Positions 58,663 through 64,000 of a stretch of 64,000 bases of DNA are shown one piece after another. Every line of letters starts with the position of its first letter. The stretch's first letter is position 1. The stretch covers positions 15,680-79,679 of the forward strand of contig CAYNPN010000004.1 of assembly GCA_964399085.1 (NCBI GenBank), written 5' to 3'. The notes beneath the pieces are model-generated. The model had not been told where the DNA came from and did no database searches. It saw only the letters and a list, made by a program, of their open reading frames with translations. A program made the position numbers and the translations under genes. The stretch comes from Candidatus Hadarchaeota archaeon. GTDB lineage: Archaea; Hadarchaeota; Hadarchaeia; Hadarchaeales; JAGGTB01.

Positions 58663-60096
58663 TTGAATTACTTTCGGGAGATTGTTATTAGAAAGGAAGA
58701 ATTTGAGTCAGTTTTCTATCCGGATTCTGTAGGTATAGTTGGTGCGTCAAGGGATAAGTCCAAGGCCGGAAATATGTTTTTAGATAGATTGAAATCTTCG
58801 GGGTTTGAAGGAAATATATATCCGATAAATCCGAATGCAGAAGAGATTAATGGAATAAAAGCCTATGAAAGTGTGAAATCTGTTCCCGGATCATTGGACC
58901 ATGTCATTATTTCAATTTCTAGTCAAATAATTCTCGATGTTCTCGATGAGTGTGGTGAAAAGGGAGTCGAAGTGGTTCATATATTTACGGCGGGGTTTTC
59001 CGAAACGGGCGATAAGAATGGTGCAAGTTTAGAAGAAAAAATAATGGAGAAGTCTAATGAGTATGGATTTAGCATTATAGGGCCTAATTGTATAGGTGCG
59101 TTTTGCACCAGATCAAAACTTCCATCGACTTTCACTCAGTTAGGAGAACCAGGATTTGTTTCATTTATTTCGCAAAGCGGTGGGCATGTTGAAAAACTAG
59201 TAATGGATGGATTATCTAGAGGAATAAAATTTAGTAAGGGAATCAGCATTGGAAATGCGTGTGATTTGGATAGTGCGGATTTTTTAGAGTATTTATCTAA
59301 TGATAGTGAGACTCAAATAATAGCCCTCTACTTAGAAGGGGGAAAAAATGGCGAAAGACTATCGGAAGTTCTTCGAGAGACAACCAAACCAGTTGTTGTT
59401 TGGAAAGGAGGTAGAACCCGAGCAGGAGCTAGAGCGGCTTCCTCTCATACTGCTTCCATGAGCGGCTCCGAAGCCGTCTGGAGTGGAGTTTTGAAGCAGA
59501 CCGGGTGTGTAAAGGTTAACAATATTCAGGAATGGTTGGACATGATTTTATCGTTTCAAAGCTTATCCAAAATTGAGGATAATAAGGTAGCGTTAATTGG
59601 AGGGCTTGTGGATGGGGCCGGTGGTAGGAGTGTCGCTGGGAGTGATGCTTGCATCGATGCTGGCTTAAGCTTACCCCGTTTTTCGAAAAAAGTTCAAGTT
59701 GAACTAGAGAATACTATCCCTCAGGCTGGCAGCATAATTAAAAATCCTCTTGATCTAAGTCAGGTGGGAAGAGATTTAGATTCTCTATCAAAAGTTTTGG
59801 ATATCCTGAGTAAGAGTTCGAATATTTCTTTAATTTTGATGAATTTTGACACGTCTATTTTAATAAAATATAGACGGTTTTTAAAATCTTCTATATCCTC
59901 AATAGCCGAGAGACTAATTGATTTCGAAAAATCGGGAAAAAAGCAGTTAGCGGTAGTTTCCCCACCAAATTGTGAAAAAAAGAGAATAGATATAGAGAAC
60001 AGATTAATGGATGCTGGAATCCCTGTTTATCCTACCTTGACTCGAGCCGCTAAGGCGCTGGGAAATATAACCAATTACTGGAAGGAGAGGTACTGA
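58663..60096 (+). CDS. NDP-forming acyl-CoA synthetase alpha-like protein (CoA-binding plus succinyl-CoA-synthetase-like domains)
   Basis: CoA-binding motif SVGIVGASRDKSKAGN and the ligase-CoA region (GPNCIGAF, SFISQSGG). No ATP-grasp beta partner lies adjacent. Confidence 0.65.
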   Translation: MNYFREIVIRKEEFESVFYPDSVGIVGASRDKSKAGNMFLDRLKSSGFEGNIYPINPNAEEINGIKAYESVKSVPGSLDHVIISISSQIILDVLDECGEKGVEVVHIFTAGFSETGDKNGASLEEKIMEKSNEYGFSIIGPNCIGAFCTRSKLPSTFTQLGEPGFVSFISQSGGHVEKLVMDGLSRGIKFSKGISIGNACDLDSADFLEYLSNDSETQIIALYLEGGKNGERLSEVLRETTKPVVVWKGGRTRAGARAASSHTASMSGSEAVWSGVLKQTGCVKVNNIQEWLDMILSFQSLSKIEDNKVALIGGLVDGAGGRSVAGSDACIDAGLSLPRFSKKVQVELENTIPQAGSIIKNPLDLSQVGRDLDSLSKVLDILSKSSNISLILMNFDTSILIKYRRFLKSSISSIAERLIDFEKSGKKQLAVVSPPNCEKKRIDIENRLMDAGIPVYPTLTRAAKALGNITNYWKERY

Positions 60097-60290
60097 TGGT
60101 ATGCTGATTTCCCGGTCTATTCAGTAGTAGACGCTTCCAAACCATCCAATGGAAGCGTCGGTTGCCTTCCCCAGCCATCGTAGAGCAACGCTCGACTCTC
60201 AAAAATAGCATCAGAAAGAAACAGAAAATAAAATGGAGATGAGAAGGGTTTATGGCCGTATGTGCTGGGTTGGATGCCCAAGAAAAAAGA
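60094..60290 (+). mobile_element. Solo remnant of the IS110 5-prime end (hairpin plus the first 14 codons of the transposase)
   Basis: ctgatggtatg...gacgcttccaaaccatccaatggaagcgtc... parallels 61031-61200 upstream of the intact IS110 tnp, including a perfect 10-bp-stem hairpin. It ends in ATGGCCGTATGTGCTGGGTTGGAT (MAVCAGLD, compare MTEYVGLD) and then a stop. Confidence 0.55.
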
Positions 60291-60399
60291 GGTTAACTTC
60301 ATCGTCGTGGAAAATCCTCCATCTCAATCAAAAATGCAGCGTAAGTACTAAGATTAGTAAATATATTTTTCTTAGGAGGAGAACATAGAAATTATTACA

Positions 60400-60624
60400 T
60401 CATTGAGATTCTTTAAGTTCTATACAATCATTGGGGCAGTACACAATACAACGTCTACATCTAGTGCAGTCAAACAAACTTATATGCGCAACTCCTCCCT
60501 TTAATTCTATTGCACTTCGGTCCGATTCCGATAGCTCGTTTCCTTGGTTTGTGGGGCATATTGAAGAACAAACGCCACAACCAGTACAATTTTCAGTATC
60601 GACCGACACTATATGTGTTGGCAA
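60400..60624 (-). CDS. 2x[4Fe-4S] ferredoxin
   Basis: CTGCGVCSSICP and CTRCRRCIVYCP motifs. Confidence 0.8.
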   Translation of the reverse strand: MPTHIVSVDTENCTGCGVCSSICPTNQGNELSESDRSAIELKGGVAHISLFDCTRCRRCIVYCPNDCIELKESQ

Positions 60625-60684
60625 TTTTCTCCCTTTCTAATATTTAGAGAGATACTATCTTTTATTATTTATTAATTTGTGCCT

Positions 60685-61020
60685 TGTTGAGGAATTGGGA
60701 CATAATTCGGCCAGGGGGATGTCAGTCTCATGTTAAAGGGGTTTTGAAATATTGCAGTTGCGAATGAATCGATTTCTCTCTCGTCTTCCTCCCGTTTTGA
60801 TATTTTTCTTCCGATTCTTTCCTTGTCTGCTCCGAAGCAGGTTTCCGAAAGTTCTCGTTTGAAGTAGTCTTTCAGGAAGCCGGAAGAGACCTCCCTGATC
60901 TTGTTCAGGATTTCGTGCTACTCGTACCTGAAGTTGGAGAGATTTTTCTTGAGAAGAACGCATACTTCCAAGTCCTCGCCAGGCTTTTGGATGTCTTTAT
61001 TGTTGCTGTGATATTAAGAA
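60685..61020 (+). repeat. Noncoding paralogous element of about 340 bp, copy 2 (5-prime of the ferredoxin gene, abutting the IS110 left end)
   Basis: See copy 1 at 33313-33650. Same orientation, about 85% identity with frame-breaking indels. Confidence 0.7.
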
Positions 61021-61030
61021 TGAATTAATT

Positions 61031-62230
61031 CTGATGGTATGAAGGAATTCTCCGTGTGGAAAGGGTGCATTAGTTTAGGACGCCTCCAATACCAGTCGGT
61101 GGAGGCGTCAATTTCCACCACCGCCAACGCCTCGCTGCGCTCGGCTCCCAAAAAATCATCATCAAAAAGAAACAAAAAGGAGGACAGGAGGTGAGAACTT
61201 TTTATGACCGAATACGTTGGGTTAGACGTTCATAAGAAGTATTGTCATGCGACGGTGATGGATGAGGGTGGAGAGGTTTTGTTTCAGGAAAACTTCTCTT
61301 CCGCTCCGGAGGGACTTCAAAAGTTGACTGATAGGATTGAGGACAACGCTGAAGTGTCGATAGAAGCCACCCATGCTTGGCAGTATATTTACGAGGAGTT
61401 GGAGGACGAGGTCGGGGATGTGAAGCTCGACCATCCGAAAAGAACTAGGATTATTACCGATGAGAGAATAAAGACCGATGCCAGGGCTTCGGAGGCTTTA
61501 GCCCAACTGACCAGGACGGGTTGGCTTCCGGAGGCTTGGTTTCCGCCCAAGGAGATCGGGATGTTGCAGGAGAAGCTCAGACGAAGGGCTTACCTGGTCT
61601 GGGGGAGGACCGGCTTTAAAAACAAGATAGATGTCGAACTGGATAAGAGAGGGATACGGGAAGATCCTTCCTATAGTGAGGACGGAAAGGAATGGCTCAG
61701 GAGTTTGGATATCGATTCGGTGAATGATTATCTGGCAATAACCGAGGCTTTGAGCGAGCCGATAGATCGGTTGGATAAAGAAATTAGAAGGGAAGCTAGA
61801 AAGGATGGGGATACGAGGTTGGTTATGACGATCCCTGGAATCGGGTTTCTCTGGGGTTTGACGATCACTACCGAAATTAGGAATGTTGAGAGGTTCCCCG
61901 ATCCTGAAAAACTTTGCTCCTACGCTGGCTTGGTTCCATCGACTGAGCAGTCCGGGTCGAAAGAGAAGCATGGTTCGATTACTAAGGAAGGTAACAAGTA
62001 TCTGCGGTGGGCGATGGTTGAGAGTGCGTGGTCTCACTTGCAGCATGGTGAGGATTCGCACCTTATCAGGTTTTTTGAGAGATTGGTCAAGAAAAAGCCT
62101 GACCAGGTAGCGATTGTAGCCATTGCTCGGAAAATGCCCACCGTGATATATTGGATGTTGAAGAGAAAGGAAGAATTCCGCCCTCAAGGTTAATCCCTCA
62201 AATCATCGTTTCGAGTTAACGGGACAGGGA
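61031..62230 (+). mobile_element. IS110-family insertion sequence (right boundary not determined)
   Basis: Left-end block ctgatggtatg with subterminal hairpin GACGCCTCCA-ataccagtcgg-TGGAGGCGTC (61078-61108), then the transposase gene. IS110 elements lack classical inverted repeats, so the right end cannot be fixed from sequence alone. Confidence 0.4.
61204..62193 (+). CDS. IS110-family transposase (DEDD, RuvC-like)
   Basis: N-terminal MTEYVGLDVHKKYCHATV (DEDD motif 1) and C-terminal MTIPGIGFLWGLTITTEI...YAGLVPSTEQSGSK, typical of IS110/IS1111. Confidence 0.9.
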   Translation: MTEYVGLDVHKKYCHATVMDEGGEVLFQENFSSAPEGLQKLTDRIEDNAEVSIEATHAWQYIYEELEDEVGDVKLDHPKRTRIITDERIKTDARASEALAQLTRTGWLPEAWFPPKEIGMLQEKLRRRAYLVWGRTGFKNKIDVELDKRGIREDPSYSEDGKEWLRSLDIDSVNDYLAITEALSEPIDRLDKEIRREARKDGDTRLVMTIPGIGFLWGLTITTEIRNVERFPDPEKLCSYAGLVPSTEQSGSKEKHGSITKEGNKYLRWAMVESAWSHLQHGEDSHLIRFFERLVKKKPDQVAIVAIARKMPTVIYWMLKRKEEFRPQG

Positions 62231-62729
62231 CACCCCGCTTTGGGACATAGATCTAGAACCTGTAATTCTGATTGGGGTCCCGTTGACGGATTCGCCAGAC
62301 TGCGGCTTGACCGCGAATGGGTGTATGTCAAAACAAAGTCCCGGACTGGAACGAAACAAGAAGCAAAAACTAAATCTCTATGCTAGAGTAGAGTAGTCAA
62401 TCGTAGGATTTATATACGGAGAATTCCTCATGGGTGTCCCAATCCCCGAGCACCTAAAAAATCTATTCTGGTTACTATCCTAAAATATGAGTTTTTTCAT
62501 CTACTTCACAGGCACCCTCGAAAGATTTTGGATAATATTGAATAATTGGTTCTTTAACTTAGTATCATGGGGTTTCTTGGCAATGTGGTGGTTTAAAGGA
62601 TTTTATATCAAAAAAATATGAAACGCAGAAACATAAAATTCTTTCAAATTCATATAAAGGATTCAATGTGAATAATTACCGAATATTACAGAACATAGCA
62701 CGAAAAAGGCAAAATAATATTAAAGATTA

Positions 62730-63773
62730 GTGAGAATGAACCTTAAATACATGAATTGGAAAAACGAGCTGACCGAACTTTTGGGTTGCGAATATCCAAT
62801 TATGGAAGGAGGACTTAGTGGAGTCGGAACACCAGAGCTAGCGGCCGCGGTCTCAAAAACTGGAGCCGAAGGCTGTTTTACTGCGGCTGTTTCAAAAAAT
62901 CCGGAAAAATTCAGAGAAGATCTCCAAATGCTAAAAGAGGAAGTCGAACACTTTACGGTGAATATATCAATTGGCATGGTTCCTGAGATCGAGGATTTTT
63001 TTGAAGTTTGTATAGAAGAAGGTATTCCAACTTTGGAAACGGCGGTCTATAAACCGGACGAACACATAGAATACATCCACGAACTACAAGAAAATGGTAC
63101 TACTTGGGTTCACAAAGGAGCAACAGCAGAATTTGTAAAACACGCTGAAAAGTTGGGAGCTGATGCTGGAGTAATCGTAGGCCTTGACGGCTATGGATTC
63201 AAAAATGTCAAGCAACTTCCCACCTTTACGGCAACTCCAAGAGCAAAGAAATTGGTAGATATACCATTCGCAAGCGCTGGAGGGATAGGAAGTCCAGAAA
63301 CATTTCTCGGAGCTTTAGCATTGGGCGCCGATGGAATATATATGGGAACGTCTTTCCTAATAACTGAAGAATGCCCGATATCTGAAAAGGTAAAGAAGAA
63401 CATCTTGAAGGCAGATGAAAACCATTTCGATTTAATACGAGAGCTTGTTGCCCCCCCCGATCCAGAAGATTACGAGGAAATAATGGAAGCAAGAGAAGAG
63501 ATGCCGTTAGAAAAATGGATACCTGCTATGGAGAGAGTCCATCTAAAACATGATGACTACGAAGACGTGGAACCGATGTGGGAACAAGCAGATAGTTTGG
63601 ATGAAGATGAGACAGCAGACGAGATACCCTCTCTCGGAGAACGTCCGAAAGGTCCCTATTCCTTTGCTTGTGCATATCTGGACCGAATCGTAACCTGCCA
63701 AGAGCTGATAGATTCACTCGTGGAAGGCGCGGAAGATATTTTGGAAGACTGGTCGAAAAATTTTGGTCTATAA
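62730..63773 (+). CDS. Nitronate monooxygenase / enoyl-ACP-reductase (FabK)-like FMN-dependent TIM-barrel oxidoreductase
   Basis: N-terminal LLGCEYPIMEGGLSGVGTPELAAAVSKTGAEG, characteristic of the NMO (2-nitropropane dioxygenase) family. Confidence 0.75.
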   Translation: MRMNLKYMNWKNELTELLGCEYPIMEGGLSGVGTPELAAAVSKTGAEGCFTAAVSKNPEKFREDLQMLKEEVEHFTVNISIGMVPEIEDFFEVCIEEGIPTLETAVYKPDEHIEYIHELQENGTTWVHKGATAEFVKHAEKLGADAGVIVGLDGYGFKNVKQLPTFTATPRAKKLVDIPFASAGGIGSPETFLGALALGADGIYMGTSFLITEECPISEKVKKNILKADENHFDLIRELVAPPDPEDYEEIMEAREEMPLEKWIPAMERVHLKHDDYEDVEPMWEQADSLDEDETADEIPSLGERPKGPYSFACAYLDRIVTCQELIDSLVEGAEDILEDWSKNFGL

Positions 63774-63796
63774 TAAGTGAGAGTGTCTCTAAGAAA

Positions 63797-64000
63797 ATGA
63801 AAACAAAAATAACTGAGCTACTCGGCATTGATCGACCAATTATCCAAGCATCAATGGCATGGTTGACCAATGCCGAACTTGTGGCAGCAGTTTCCAACTC
63901 TGGTGGTATTGGTACTCTTGGACCAAACGCTGGGGCTGAGGAAATAACTGAGGATCCCCAAGAAGTTGGAGAAAGAATGAGATCGGAGATTAAGAAAACG
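63797..64000 (+). CDS. Partial CDS running off the window end: second nitronate-monooxygenase-like protein (paralog)
   Basis: MKTKITELLGIDRPIIQASMAWLTNAELVAAVSNSGGIGTLG is the NMO N-terminal signature. Absent from the ORF track because no stop lies inside the window. Confidence 0.65.
   Translation, partial: MKTKITELLGIDRPIIQASMAWLTNAELVAAVSNSGGIGTLGPNAGAEEITEDPQEVGERMRSEIKKT

Overview
Archaeal chromosomal segment of about 45% GC, mixed with GC-rich genes that look atypical for this contig. Most of the window is a largely minus-strand cluster for fatty-acid/acyl-CoA catabolism and ferredoxin-linked redox chemistry. It holds three AMP-forming acyl-CoA synthetases, an NDP-forming acyl-CoA synthetase alpha-like protein, two thiolase/DUF35 pairs and 3-hydroxyacyl-CoA dehydrogenases, one of them fused to an enoyl-CoA hydratase. 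It also holds a stand-alone enoyl-CoA hydratase, two tungsten-type aldehyde:ferredoxin oxidoreductases (AOR), three small ferredoxins, a formate-dehydrogenase-like molybdopterin enzyme with sulfhydrogenase beta/gamma-like partners, and a formylmethanofuran-dehydrogenase-like fwdDBAC core directly downstream of an isf-isf-fdx-aor set. Other content is an aspartate-dehydrogenase-type NAD synthesis operon (nadX-nadA-nadC), a 5S rRNA flanked by two intron-containing tRNAs (Asp, Tyr), a roughly 900-aa acidic cell-surface protein and an ABC ATPase operon. Mobile DNA is abundant: an integrated element of about 4.5 kb at a tRNA-Pro gene with a 44-nt att duplication, a frameshifted tyrosine integrase, decayed cargo and three 142-bp paralogous cassette-like repeats. 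There is also an IS4/Tn5-like IS with inverted repeats and a 10-bp target duplication, an ISH3/IS4-like IS with 15-bp inverted repeats, and one intact IS110 transposase with two decayed IS110 remnants. Two paralogous noncoding elements of about 340 bp lie 5-prime of two minus-strand operons (32102-33271 and 60400-60624) and bracket a roughly 27-kb metabolic region. No CRISPR array or recognisable defence system was seen.
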